Shown: positions 28,673 to 38,297 of the stretch, in pieces
Layout of the letters: every line of letters begins with the position of its first letter
Position numbering within the stretch: position 1 is the first letter of the stretch
IMG/VR virus record: IMGVR_UViG_3300044620_001904
Span: 31,262 to 95,261 of that record
Source of the DNA: a virus
DNA length: 64,000 bases
Strand: one strand, 5' to 3'
Translations under genes and position numbers: made by a program
The notes under the pieces: generated by a model
Told to the model about the DNA's origin: nothing
Seen by the model: the letters and a program-made list of their open reading frames with translations, nothing else
The model's database searches: none

Positions 28673-28758
28673 AGCCAAGGGCCGGATTCGAACCGGCGTG
28701 TGAGTAAACTCATCCTCATTACAAGTGAGGTGCAATCGACCATCTATGCGACCTAGGC
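28673..28758 (-). tRNA. tRNA-Thr(TGT) with long variable arm
   Basis: CT-TGT-AA loop; extra arm TGAGT-TT-ACTCA. Confidence 0.85.
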
Positions 28759-28765
28759 AAATTGT

Positions 28766-28841
28766 TGGTGACCCTGGCACGATTCGAACGTGCGACTGAT
28801 TGCTTAGAAGGCAATTACTCTATCCTCTGAGTTACAGGGCC
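28766..28841 (-). tRNA. tRNA-Arg(TCT)
   Basis: CT-TCT-AA loop, encoded CCA. Confidence 0.9.
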
Positions 28842-28847
28842 TTATAA

Positions 28848-29024
28848 TTATATTTTCTTCACTTCATATCTATGACCACTGTCAGAATTTATCTCCATTA
28901 ATTTTCTTGTGTTTTCTGCGTCTTCAAAAGTTTCAAACTCTAATACTTCCTCATGAGTGTCCAATATAATTACCGGCATCTCTACATTTCTGTCATTTTT
29001 TACAAATTTTACAATTACATACAT
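28848..29024 (-). CDS. small hypothetical protein MYVIVKFVKND... (58 aa; not in ORF track)
   Basis: fills the gap between tRNA-Asp and tRNA-Arg. Confidence 0.55.
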   Translation of the reverse strand: MYVIVKFVKNDRNVEMPVIILDTHEEVLEFETFEDAENTRKLMEINSDSGHRYEVKKI

Positions 29025-29041
29025 AATAATTAGTTTTTTTT

Positions 29042-29116
29042 TGGCGGTCTATAAGGGAATCGAACCCTTACCATATCATAGACAGTGATATATCCTTGCC
29101 GTTAGACGAATAGACC
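29042..29116 (-). tRNA. tRNA-Asp(GTC)
   Basis: CT-GTC-TA loop, G73, encoded CCA. Confidence 0.9.
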
Positions 29117-29176
29117 AATTTTGTTTTACAAAGGTAGTATAAACTTTTCAATTATACAACACATTTATTTTTTTTG

Positions 29177-29252
29177 TGGAGAAGATGGGAATCGAACCCA
29201 CCACAAAAACATTGCAAGTGTTTCTCGCCAAAGCCTTGGTACATGCTCCCCC
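29177..29252 (-). tRNA. tRNA-Ala(TGC)
   Basis: CT-TGC-AA loop, G3.U70. Confidence 0.85.
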
Positions 29253-29263
29253 AAATTATTTTG

Positions 29264-29349
29264 TAGTGCCGATGGGATTCGAACCCACGATTATCCTTTC
29301 GGATTCCAGATTGAAAGTCTGGTAGCCTAAACCACTAGCCGACGGCACC
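29264..29349 (-). tRNA. tRNA-Glu(TTC) with long variable arm
   Basis: CT-TTC-AA loop; extra arm ATCC-GAAA-GGAT. Confidence 0.85.
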
Positions 29350-29388
29350 ATTTATGATACAAAATTACAAAATATATTTCAAAGAACC

Positions 29389-29422
29389 AAAAATAAAAAA
29401 CCCACCTTTTTGGGGTGGGTTT
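29389..29422 (-). terminator. attenuator terminator 2, followed by boxA-like GTTCTTTGA
   Basis: AAACCCACC-CCAAAAA-GGTGGGTTT plus U-tract; CACCCC can instead pair with GGGGTG in the leader ORF. Confidence 0.8.
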
Positions 29423-29445
29423 CAATATTTTAGAAAACTACAATA

Positions 29446-29523
29446 TTATACCACACCCCGTAGAGTAAGTTCTGCTTCCGTTCTATCGGCAGTGGTGATA
29501 TATATGTAGTTCAAATTTTTCAT
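29446..29523 (-). CDS. putative attenuator leader peptide 2, MKNLNYIYITTADRTEAELTLRGVV (25 aa)
   Basis: follows promoter TATCTTTG (29535-29528); core TTADRTEAE matches the downstream Glu/Ala/Asp/Arg/Thr tRNAs. Confidence 0.8.
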   Translation of the reverse strand: MKNLNYIYITTADRTEAELTLRGVV

Positions 29524-29569
29524 AACACAAAGATACAAAGAATTTTTATAAAATCAATACCCTTATCCT

Positions 29570-30091
29570 TTATTTTCTTAATTTAGGTTTAGATTTCATT
29601 TTATCATATATCCTAACGAAATAATAAGGATCTTCCATCACATAACAAAATTCATTCCTTGTTGTCGCGTTAAGGATTTTAACTTCTTTGATCGGATATT
29701 TTGACAATAAATCCATATCTTTGTCGTTATATCTAAACCACATATCAATTCTACATGAAATACCAGGTCTAATATTCCACAAAGCAACGGAATCATTTTC
29801 TAAATAGAATGTAACACGACTTATTCTACTGCAAAAATGATCGTCTTTGTAGGTTAACCTAAATTCGTGTAAATATTGATATTTTTTATCCATATCAACA
29901 TTTGTTATTACCGGTTGGATTTCAAATAACGAATCCGAATGGATATACGGCTTTGGTTGAAGAGGATCGGTCTCGGATCTTTCTTCGTACTTAGCGATGT
30001 GCTCACAGTGAGGACATGGTTTGTCTGTTTCAAATGGTGTGAAAGCCATAAACACCAATAAACAGATTGCGATAATTATAGAAGTTTTCAT
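29570..30091 (-). CDS. secreted hypothetical protein
   Basis: signal peptide; CPHC motif. Confidence 0.55.
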   Translation of the reverse strand: MKTSIIIAICLLVFMAFTPFETDKPCPHCEHIAKYEERSETDPLQPKPYIHSDSLFEIQPVITNVDMDKKYQYLHEFRLTYKDDHFCSRISRVTFYLENDSVALWNIRPGISCRIDMWFRYNDKDMDLLSKYPIKEVKILNATTRNEFCYVMEDPYYFVRIYDKMKSKPKLRK

Positions 30092-30276
30092 ATCTATAAA
30101 TATTTGATTATTTTTAATATTTACATTTTTAAAAAAATATTTATTCTTCTAAATTTTTAATTTCTTTACATTAAAATTACATTAATTTAAAACTAAAAAA
30201 AAGTTATTTGATATTTATTATAGTGACTTTAATTTTTTTTTATTGAAAATTTTATTATATTTGTATCTAATTTGTA

Positions 30277-30789
30277 ATGATTATTAACATGGAAAGAGTT
30301 TTAGTTTTAAATTCTGATTATAGTCCTTTGAACGTAACGACTGTCATTCGTGGTTTTAACTTAGTTAATAAAGGAAAGGCCGAGATATTAAAATCGGGCG
30401 AAAAACCGATAAGTGCTGGTTCATTATCATTTGCTCGCCCTTTGATAATAAGACTATTGGTTTATGTTAAATACAGGGTTAAAAACTTAAAAGTTAATAG
30501 GGCTAGAATTTATAAACGTGATGGTCATAAATGTGTATATTGTGGGGCGAATAAAAATCTTACAATAGACCACGTTTTACCAAAATCTCGTGGTGGAACA
30601 AATAGATGGACTAATTTGGTTACATGCTGCGGTACTTGTAATAGAAAAAAAGGTGATAGAACTCCATATGAAGCAAATATGACTTTAAGTGTAAAACCTT
30701 ATGAACCATCATTGTTTTCTGATGTATTTCATAATCACATAAGTGATCTGTGGGATGAATTCAAACAAACGATGGGGTTGAATTATTGA
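30277..30789 (+). CDS. HNH endonuclease family protein
   Basis: VLVLN.DY.PL..RDGHKCVYCG..TIDHVLPKSRGG..WTNLVTCC..CNRKK. Confidence 0.9.
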   Translation: MIINMERVLVLNSDYSPLNVTTVIRGFNLVNKGKAEILKSGEKPISAGSLSFARPLIIRLLVYVKYRVKNLKVNRARIYKRDGHKCVYCGANKNLTIDHVLPKSRGGTNRWTNLVTCCGTCNRKKGDRTPYEANMTLSVKPYEPSLFSDVFHNHISDLWDEFKQTMGLNY

Positions 30790-30904
30790 TTCACAAATAT
30801 ACCAAAAACAAAAGAGAGTCCGAAAACTCTCTTTTGTTAGATTTGGAACACCCCCTTTTTTTAGATGTTTATACTAAACAGGACTCTCGTCCCGAAAAGT
30901 CAAT

Positions 30905-32545
30905 TTACTTACTTAAAGCCTTTGATTTCATTTCTTTAGCTTTATTTTCCATTTTATCTTTAATACCTCCTAATATTGAACATACACTTCCTGATATTGA
31001 TGATTGTATGCTTTTCATAAATGATTGCTCATAAAGTAAATCTGTTAAAGAGTTTCTAACAGCATCAGGAACGATACCACTTGCAACATACTTATCACCT
31101 AAAGAACCAATAATCGATTCTACGATGCTTTTTGAAAGTAACTCGCTTACATAATTGCAATCTGTAAATAGTTTTGGTATATCAGAAAAAGATTGAATGT
31201 TACCTAAAGATGTAATGAATAATCTTCCAATAGCGCTTTTTGGATTTAAACCTAGTTTCGATAATAGAGTTTTAACCGCAAATTCAACCAAAGTACCTCT
31301 TAAAGTACCCATTAGATTTTTTTTAACACCTGATCCACCAAATATACCACTCAATAAATTAACAAAAGACTCCATCTCACTTAATATTACCTTATTATCA
31401 AAACCAACTTCACGTAACTTTATTGTCTCTACTAAAAAATCTAAAAATGAAATTTCAATATTATTATGTAATTTTGAAGATTCTATAATTAAATTAAAAC
31501 GGTTTTTAATTATTGATTGCTCAACCAAAAATGATTTTTTATTTTCTTTCATTTCCAAAAGATTTTTCTTCACGGTTTTTGATAAATTTGATTCTTGCAA
31601 TGAATATTTTTTATTTGAATCTTTACTCAAATTATTTATAATTTCTAAATTTTTTAATGTACCAAAAGAAAATTTGTGAATTTTATCGCATCTTTGAATC
31701 AATTGTTTGGCCGTCAATAACATTGCAGAATTTCCAACCGGATAATCGTTACTAATCGCATTTGCATAATTATTAATTAATTTGCGACAATATGATTTCT
31801 GTGGATTTGCCAGATTTTTCCGAAAATTATCCTTCTCAGTATTAAGATAATCATTCCATTGATTAGAATTTCCTGATTCACTGAAATCTATTTTTTGTAC
31901 TAAACAAAAATCTGTAGTAAATACTGATGGATATTTTTGTTTTAGATTAACAATAGGACCCGCAAAATCATCAGTGTCTTGAGTTTTACAATCTATTACA
32001 GTATAACCGGCACCTGTAAATTTGGCGATAATAGGATCTTGTTCAGAAGAAATTGGTGTCAATTCTGTTTTTTTTAAATAAAGAAAATCTTTTCCTGGTT
32101 GTGGAAATGCGTCAGGGTTTCCATATTCAGGATGTGAATTAAGGTCTATTTTTTCATATTTTCCTGCTCTGATATCCACCTCTGACACATTTTCAGGACT
32201 TACGATACCCTGATTTCTTTTCATCACCGCGGCAATATGTTGGTTTTGTTTTTCTTTTAAAGGTGTTATTTTATTTTGATCGGTAACATCAGGAGTGGTT
32301 AAAGCTTCGCAAGACCATCTTTTTTTTACTTTTGTTACTGCGTTTATAACTATTCCATCATCAAAAAACAATATACTTTCGTTTTTTCCATTCTTACCCG
32401 ATATAACCAATTTACCTGATTTAGTTTTTTTTGGTTGTCTTCCAGTATCTTTGGTAAACCATTTGTAGTTATCGAAACATTTTTTTTGGTCGGCAACCAC
32501 TAAATCTATTTCTTTTTGTGACTGCTCATTAATATTTTTTTTCAT
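30905..32545 (-). CDS. hypothetical protein
   Basis: 546-aa ORF. Confidence 0.6.
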   Translation of the reverse strand: MKKNINEQSQKEIDLVVADQKKCFDNYKWFTKDTGRQPKKTKSGKLVISGKNGKNESILFFDDGIVINAVTKVKKRWSCEALTTPDVTDQNKITPLKEKQNQHIAAVMKRNQGIVSPENVSEVDIRAGKYEKIDLNSHPEYGNPDAFPQPGKDFLYLKKTELTPISSEQDPIIAKFTGAGYTVIDCKTQDTDDFAGPIVNLKQKYPSVFTTDFCLVQKIDFSESGNSNQWNDYLNTEKDNFRKNLANPQKSYCRKLINNYANAISNDYPVGNSAMLLTAKQLIQRCDKIHKFSFGTLKNLEIINNLSKDSNKKYSLQESNLSKTVKKNLLEMKENKKSFLVEQSIIKNRFNLIIESSKLHNNIEISFLDFLVETIKLREVGFDNKVILSEMESFVNLLSGIFGGSGVKKNLMGTLRGTLVEFAVKTLLSKLGLNPKSAIGRLFITSLGNIQSFSDIPKLFTDCNYVSELLSKSIVESIIGSLGDKYVASGIVPDAVRNSLTDLLYEQSFMKSIQSSISGSVCSILGGIKDKMENKAKEMKSKALSK

Positions 32546-32560
32546 TTTATAAGAAAATTT

Positions 32561-33886
32561 TTAAAGTCCGTTATCAGTATTAACTTCAGGATCTAACTCA
32601 AGATCAGGGTCTTTAGTTGACAACCCTTGACTCAAATATTCATTTTTATGAGATTTCCATGCTTTTTGTGTTCTAGGTCCGAACCTACCATAACCTTTAC
32701 CTCTCTCGACTTTACCTGTAGGATAAATTGAACCATAGGCCCAACCCGCATGGTTACTATCTAACCAATCTTGGAATTTCATAACACCAGTTGCATCTTT
32801 TAATTCTGGCGGTATCGGAACTTTTATTCTAACAGGTTTCGATCTGTCAGATCCACCACCTGATGATGAGTCACCACCATCAGATACTCGCTCAGTATTA
32901 AAACTTTTACTAAGATTAATACCTCCAATCGTCATCTCACATAAAATGTCTTTAGAATATAGTTTATTTTCATTTATATAAGTTTTATATTTTTTAATAG
33001 ACAATTTACCACCAGAACAAGAATATTCACCAGCACCTTGAGGTTTTTTATCATTAGTCATACACCAAATTTTACCACTATCAAATGTTTGGGTTCCCGG
33101 ATTGCGGTCAAAATAACAATATCCACCACCGTCTTCGCTAGGCGCTACCGCCCTTGTATTACCAGACCCCTTAATACCAGTTAATTTCGAGAGGCATAAA
33201 AATTTATTATTTGTCTCCGATTTAGCCTTTTCCGATTTAGCCTTTTCAATTTGACTGGAATACTGTTGTAATAATGATTCGGTCTTATCTAGAATTTCGG
33301 ACCACTCATTTGTCTCAAGCTCGTATTGTAAAGCGTCAGATAATCTAACACCAGGTTTTAATTTTTCCCTGAAATATTTATCAACCAAATACAAATCGAC
33401 TAAACTATTTATACTATCCATTGCGGTCCTAATTGCCGATTCGTCAGTCCCAAAACCCGTCCCAAAAAAATTTTCATACATTGCGTCATAAAGTGTTCTA
33501 GCCACAATTTTAGGGTCGAATCCGGGTGTTTGTTCAAATTTAAGTCCTTTTATACCTGATGTTAAGCTAGAACCCATGTTTACGGCTCCTTGGAATTTTT
33601 TTGATGGTTCATCAGTCCTTAATGAACTAACTAATAAATCTTGGAGATGAGCGTATACTGCGGCGCATCCTACGGCCGCTGGAACTGCGGCGAGACCCCA
33701 ACTAGCGATACCTGCGGCCGTTCCACAGACAGCTCCAATAATTGTTGCTCCTACCGTTCCTTCAGAAGACTGACTCTCTTTTAATATATTATCCTTATTT
33801 TCACTTAAAGTTTTTCTTGAGTCGTAACCCATCATAAGTTTAATTCTTTGTAAATCCTCTAATGGATTATAATTTTGTATTTTCAT
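32561..33886 (-). CDS. hypothetical protein with annexin-like GxGTDE segment
   Basis: DAMYEN..GFGTDESAI; Gly/Ala-rich hydrophobic segment. Confidence 0.55.
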   Translation of the reverse strand: MKIQNYNPLEDLQRIKLMMGYDSRKTLSENKDNILKESQSSEGTVGATIIGAVCGTAAGIASWGLAAVPAAVGCAAVYAHLQDLLVSSLRTDEPSKKFQGAVNMGSSLTSGIKGLKFEQTPGFDPKIVARTLYDAMYENFFGTGFGTDESAIRTAMDSINSLVDLYLVDKYFREKLKPGVRLSDALQYELETNEWSEILDKTESLLQQYSSQIEKAKSEKAKSETNNKFLCLSKLTGIKGSGNTRAVAPSEDGGGYCYFDRNPGTQTFDSGKIWCMTNDKKPQGAGEYSCSGGKLSIKKYKTYINENKLYSKDILCEMTIGGINLSKSFNTERVSDGGDSSSGGGSDRSKPVRIKVPIPPELKDATGVMKFQDWLDSNHAGWAYGSIYPTGKVERGKGYGRFGPRTQKAWKSHKNEYLSQGLSTKDPDLELDPEVNTDNGL

Positions 33887-33907
33887 ATCACATATAAATA
33901 TATTGGT

Positions 33908-34153
33908 TTATAGTAAAGTATTCGCTTTACCACGATTTAATTTTACAATATCTGACCATTTTGTATTACCAATTTGGTTGGCAGGTCCTCTTGTTAATCC
34001 TGTCTCCCACTTTGTTATTGTAGGGTAAGGTGGTTTTGCCCCACCACCACCTGTTGAAGCCCCACCACCGGCAGCGTCCTGCTCGCCAAGTTCAGAATCA
34101 ACCGAATTTGACCCTTTCATAATAGAAATTAACTTATCAATATCAAAATTCAT
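33908..34153 (-). CDS. small hypothetical protein
   Basis: 81 aa; TRGPAN/NRGKAN repeat. Confidence 0.55.
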   Translation of the reverse strand: MNFDIDKLISIMKGSNSVDSELGEQDAAGGGASTGGGGAKPPYPTITKWETGLTRGPANQIGNTKWSDIVKLNRGKANTLL

Positions 34154-34199
34154 TTCAATAAATATTTGTATTTGTCAAATTATTTCGTAACTTTGTGAT

Positions 34200-34463
34200 A
34201 TGGAAACAATGGAACTTTATCAAAGTCCAAATTTTGACAAAAATGGAGATCTTTCAAAGAAAGGACACACGGAAAGATGTGTTTGTTGTAATAAACCAAT
34301 GAAACCTGAACAGGTTAAATTTATGGTTCATATGACAACAGATTGGCTCATGACAGACGCCATAGATGAAAATCTTATAGATAACTCCCAAGGACTTTTT
34401 CCCGTTGGTTCAGAATGTAAGAAATTTTTACCCAAACAGTTTGTATTCACAACTAAACAATAA
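34200..34463 (+). CDS. hypothetical protein with Cys motifs
   Basis: TAACTTTG promoter immediately upstream. Confidence 0.55.
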   Translation: METMELYQSPNFDKNGDLSKKGHTERCVCCNKPMKPEQVKFMVHMTTDWLMTDAIDENLIDNSQGLFPVGSECKKFLPKQFVFTTKQ

Positions 34464-34468
34464 TCATA

Positions 34469-34702
34469 ATGAAAAATTATCCAGTTCTTTACAAAAAAAA
34501 TGAAATCGTAAAAAAAGAAGAAAGTTCTAATCTTAGAACTATGAAAAATAATAAGTATAAAACTTTGAAATTTTTGATTTTCATATTTTTATGGTTTTCT
34601 ACTCTTTTAACTGTATCAGGTATTTATAATTGGTATAAGTCCAGATTAGATTATGAACAAATTAAAAAAGAACTTAATCTAAAATATCACAATGATAATT
34701 AA
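34469..34702 (+). CDS. small membrane protein
   Basis: one hydrophobic helix. Confidence 0.45.
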   Translation: MKNYPVLYKKNEIVKKEESSNLRTMKNNKYKTLKFLIFIFLWFSTLLTVSGIYNWYKSRLDYEQIKKELNLKYHNDN

Positions 34703-35204
34703 TATGAAACATATATTTTTTATTTTTCTGGTTTTATTTTTCACGGGATGCGAAAAATTTGAAACCCCCAACGCAGAAAACCTTAGAGGTGAATATATTA
34801 TTGATATTATTACCTTCAAAAAAGTGGATAATACGGTAAATTCTGAGGATACCACATATTATCCCGGATCAGTTTATATTAACCCATATGATGTTTTCCC
34901 AATGGATAGCATTAATTTAGGTTCAACAACTTGGAGATTTGACTATAATATTATTTCTATGGAACCTGTATTGGATGGTTCAGGAGGTAAAATTTGGACA
35001 AAACAATATTATATTGATGTTACAAGTTATTCAGGTTGGGAGAATGGTTATTTAACTTTTAACTGTGAGGGGACTAAAAGGGTTTTTAGAGTTATTGATA
35101 GACAACTTGAAAGTTTAACTTTGAGGTCTTCAGGTCAATGGCCATTTGGAAACGCTGGTTCAAAAAGTGAGATTACATTACAGTTATCTCGTGTTGGTCC
35201 TTGA
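34692..35204 (+). CDS. putative lipoprotein
   Basis: MKHIFFIFLVLFFTGC lipobox. Confidence 0.6.
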   Translation: MIINMKHIFFIFLVLFFTGCEKFETPNAENLRGEYIIDIITFKKVDNTVNSEDTTYYPGSVYINPYDVFPMDSINLGSTTWRFDYNIISMEPVLDGSGGKIWTKQYYIDVTSYSGWENGYLTFNCEGTKRVFRVIDRQLESLTLRSSGQWPFGNAGSKSEITLQLSRVGP

Positions 35205-35226
35205 ATGAAAATATATTTTTAAAATA

Positions 35227-35760
35227 ATGAAAACAATCTTTTTTATCGTATTTTCACTGATTGTAAGTTCAGTTTTTTCTCAAGATACTAAATTGATTGA
35301 ATATGAAGTGTATAAATTATATGATCAGTACTCTAAAAAGAGGAAACACATAATTAAACCGAGAACTGAACTTGATAGTCTCGCCTTTTGTCAATTAAGA
35401 TATTTAAAAACTTTGGATCACGTTAATAGTATTACTCATGAAAACCCTGATCCTAAATTAAAAACTTTTTCTATGAGAGTTAATAATTATTTTATTAACA
35501 CTATGGATGAAAGATTTTCCGAAGTTATTTCAGGTTATTGGATAGGTAGCGGTAAGTATATAGATGAAAAAAATGTATCTCGAATCTTATTTCAATCATT
35601 ACTCGAATCTCCTCCACATAAAAAAATATTAGATAACAGACGATTCGTAAACTGTTCATTTAAAGTATGTAGAATCGATAATGGTGGTTTTATTTTAATT
35701 GGAGTTTTCTCAACTAATGAGGTATTTTTCTTCTTCAGTTATAATAAATTTTCTCATTAA
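35227..35760 (+). CDS. secreted CAP/SCP-like domain protein
   Basis: signal peptide; ITH..FSEVI..SPPHKKIL. Confidence 0.55.
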   Translation: MKTIFFIVFSLIVSSVFSQDTKLIEYEVYKLYDQYSKKRKHIIKPRTELDSLAFCQLRYLKTLDHVNSITHENPDPKLKTFSMRVNNYFINTMDERFSEVISGYWIGSGKYIDEKNVSRILFQSLLESPPHKKILDNRRFVNCSFKVCRIDNGGFILIGVFSTNEVFFFFSYNKFSH

Positions 35761-36077
35761 AATAACTCCTTTCCAGGTAATTGATCAGGATAAACCAAAT
35801 AATATTCGTTTAAAAACTGTGTCAATTCATAAAGATCGATTGATTCGTCAGATGAATCTAATTTACCAAAAATATCATCATCAGAGTCATCATCATCAAA
35901 CATTTCTAAAATCTGAGAATCCCCTTTCGCAAAATCATAACCAAAAGCGGTAATTTCAACCATCGGAATTTCTGCCGACCTTAATTCATTTTCATCATCA
36001 TCTATTGTCCTAAAACTTACCTCTAAAGATTCATTTGAATGATTCAAATAGTGAGATACAATTTCCTTAATTTCCAT
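35757..36077 (-). CDS. acidic hypothetical protein
   Basis: ORF in operon. Confidence 0.6.
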   Translation of the reverse strand: MEIKEIVSHYLNHSNESLEVSFRTIDDDENELRSAEIPMVEITAFGYDFAKGDSQILEMFDDDDSDDDIFGKLDSSDESIDLYELTQFLNEYYLVYPDQLPGKELF

Positions 36078-36079
36078 AG

Positions 36080-36532
36080 TTAGTTATAATTTGATAATCT
36101 TTTAAACCAAGATAAACTTTCATTAACTTGAGATTTAACACTTTCATTAACATCTTGGTCGCTATCTAATTCATCGTAAAAATCAACATCAATCTCAAAA
36201 GAAGGTTTTTCATTTTCTTGATCATCTATTTGAATTTCATCTTCTGAAATTTCTTCGTCAAAAACACCTGCTTCTAAATCCATAGGACCGTCACCGATAT
36301 TGTCCAATTGCATTTCGTCAATTTCTTCGTTAATATTCAAATTTGTATATTTTTTTACCTCACCTTTATTATTCACGGTGACACCTTCTTTATCATTAGC
36401 AAAATCTTGAACATATAAAGGTTGTTCTGATGGTTTTGCATAATTTGTTGTATAACCATCATAAACGTGTTTATGTTGGTTTAGTATGTTTTCTTTTTCC
36501 TCGTTTGGAATGTTTAAAAAGTAAGCTTTCAT
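36080..36532 (-). CDS. acidic hypothetical protein
   Basis: ORF; TATTTATA motif upstream. Confidence 0.6.
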   Translation of the reverse strand: MKAYFLNIPNEEKENILNQHKHVYDGYTTNYAKPSEQPLYVQDFANDKEGVTVNNKGEVKKYTNLNINEEIDEMQLDNIGDGPMDLEAGVFDEEISEDEIQIDDQENEKPSFEIDVDFYDELDSDQDVNESVKSQVNESLSWFKRLSNYN

Positions 36533-36563
36533 AATTTTGTTTTTTATATAAATATGCGACCTA

Positions 36564-37175
36564 TTAATAAACTTCCATTATGAATTTAACTATTTGAGAA
36601 GCTTTGTTTTTCATCATCCTTTGAACGTTCTCTAATGATATTTCCTTGTTATCATCTTCTAAAGTTTTTATTGACCCTTGAATTAATAAATCCCTAATAT
36701 GATCTGCACTGTCTAAAACCTTTTCAAACTCTTCAGCCCTTTGGTCATTCATCTCTTCATAAAAATGTTGGTGAGAAATTCTATCTTTACCCATATAAAA
36801 ATATGGAGCCGCTCCAAACATATTTGTAACCCCACTACCTCTTAGCGCATTATAAAATTTATGCATCTCATTCATTTTAAAATCTCTAACCAAATTTCTA
36901 TTTTTTCTTGCAAAATCAGGGTCAATAGATTCATCAACTTTTTTTCTTCTTGATTTTAATCTTAACCAATCCTCCTCTTTCATCCATTTATCTACATCTG
37001 ATAATAACTGTAAATTAGATCCGTTTTCCCAATTAACCTCATACTGCTTTATACCAAATACAACAGCAATTCTTTTTACCTCTCCTGCAATACCAGGTTT
37101 AATTCCTGTTTCACCGCTCATGTCCATTAAAACGACGCGATCACCAACTTTTAATTCGGGATTTAATAATGACAT
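36564..37175 (-). CDS. hypothetical protein (DUF4314-like N-terminus; LRGSGVTNMF segment)
   Basis: GDRVVL..M..PG..GEV..V.WENGS.L.L. Confidence 0.55.
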   Translation of the reverse strand: MSLLNPELKVGDRVVLMDMSGETGIKPGIAGEVKRIAVVFGIKQYEVNWENGSNLQLLSDVDKWMKEEDWLRLKSRRKKVDESIDPDFARKNRNLVRDFKMNEMHKFYNALRGSGVTNMFGAAPYFYMGKDRISHQHFYEEMNDQRAEEFEKVLDSADHIRDLLIQGSIKTLEDDNKEISLENVQRMMKNKASQIVKFIMEVY

Positions 37176-37218
37176 ATTTTTTTTTTAACAATAAATATAT
37201 TGGAAGTATTTATTAGTT

Positions 37219-37848
37219 ATGAAAATGAACATTTTAATAAACGAAAACCAAAAAAGATTTCTAATCGTGGAAGGTATTAGTGATAATTTTGCAAAAGACA
37301 CCAAAAAATTATTTGATATCACCAAAAAGGTTTTGTCAGATTCCTCAAAACAACTTAAAATGAATTTGGAGTTTTTATTAACTTGGGGAGCATCCATTGG
37401 TGGTTTTATGGGACCACTTAATCAGTTTTTGGAAGGAAAATATCCCGAATTATCTTCAACAGATGTTTCACTTATTCTTACAGGTGTTATTTCAATTTTA
37501 TACTACGACAATAAAGATACCATAAAAAAAATATTAGAACTGATAAAAGATAAAAATCTATCAAAACAGTTTAAATCAACATTACAAAAGGGTAATGAAC
37601 TTAAAAATGTATTTTTTGATTTTGTTAGTTCTCTAAATATGAGTGTTCATAAAATATCAAACATAATGTCTTATACATTTATTGTTCCGTTATTACCGAT
37701 GATATATCAAATGGCACAATCTGGTGCGATATCGCCTGATGATACTATAAAAATTGTAAATAGATTGTTGGGATTTGGTTTTCTTACAGTTTCAGGGGTT
37801 ACTTTAAAGGAACTTATTGAAAGAATTATCAAAAAATTTTCAAATTAG
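37219..37848 (+). CDS. membrane protein
   Basis: several hydrophobic helices. Confidence 0.6.
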   Translation: MKMNILINENQKRFLIVEGISDNFAKDTKKLFDITKKVLSDSSKQLKMNLEFLLTWGASIGGFMGPLNQFLEGKYPELSSTDVSLILTGVISILYYDNKDTIKKILELIKDKNLSKQFKSTLQKGNELKNVFFDFVSSLNMSVHKISNIMSYTFIVPLLPMIYQMAQSGAISPDDTIKIVNRLLGFGFLTVSGVTLKELIERIIKKFSN

Positions 37849-38297
37849 AGATCTCCAGCACCCTCTACAGCAATTGTTTCATAATCAATATAAAGATCAA
37901 TTTCTAAAAGATTATTTGACCATTCAACCTTTGAAAGCATTGGCAAATGACTATGATCTAAACGATTTGGGTCTTTGATAATATCTAAAAATTGATCAAT
38001 ACCTATTTTTGCAAAAATTTTGTCATAAGATTTTTGTAGTGTTTTTATAAAATATGATAATTCGTCTAATATAGGATCAACTTCAACTTTAATATTAATA
38101 TAAATTTCTAAATCCCAAACATCCACAAATTTTTCTGATTTTTTTGATTTATGAAATCTTGGTACTATATCAATACTAATACCATCTTTTGGGATGGAAA
38201 GATAATCATACATCAAATATTTTATCTGATTTAATCTTCTTTTCACAAAAGTTTCATTATTGATGTTATTGATTTTTTCTTCAAAATTCATTTTCAA
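37845..38297 (-). CDS. hypothetical protein
   Basis: ORF in operon. Confidence 0.55.
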   Translation of the reverse strand: MKMNFEEKINNINNETFVKRRLNQIKYLMYDYLSIPKDGISIDIVPRFHKSKKSEKFVDVWDLEIYINIKVEVDPILDELSYFIKTLQKSYDKIFAKIGIDQFLDIIKDPNRLDHSHLPMLSKVEWSNNLLEIDLYIDYETIAVEGAGDL

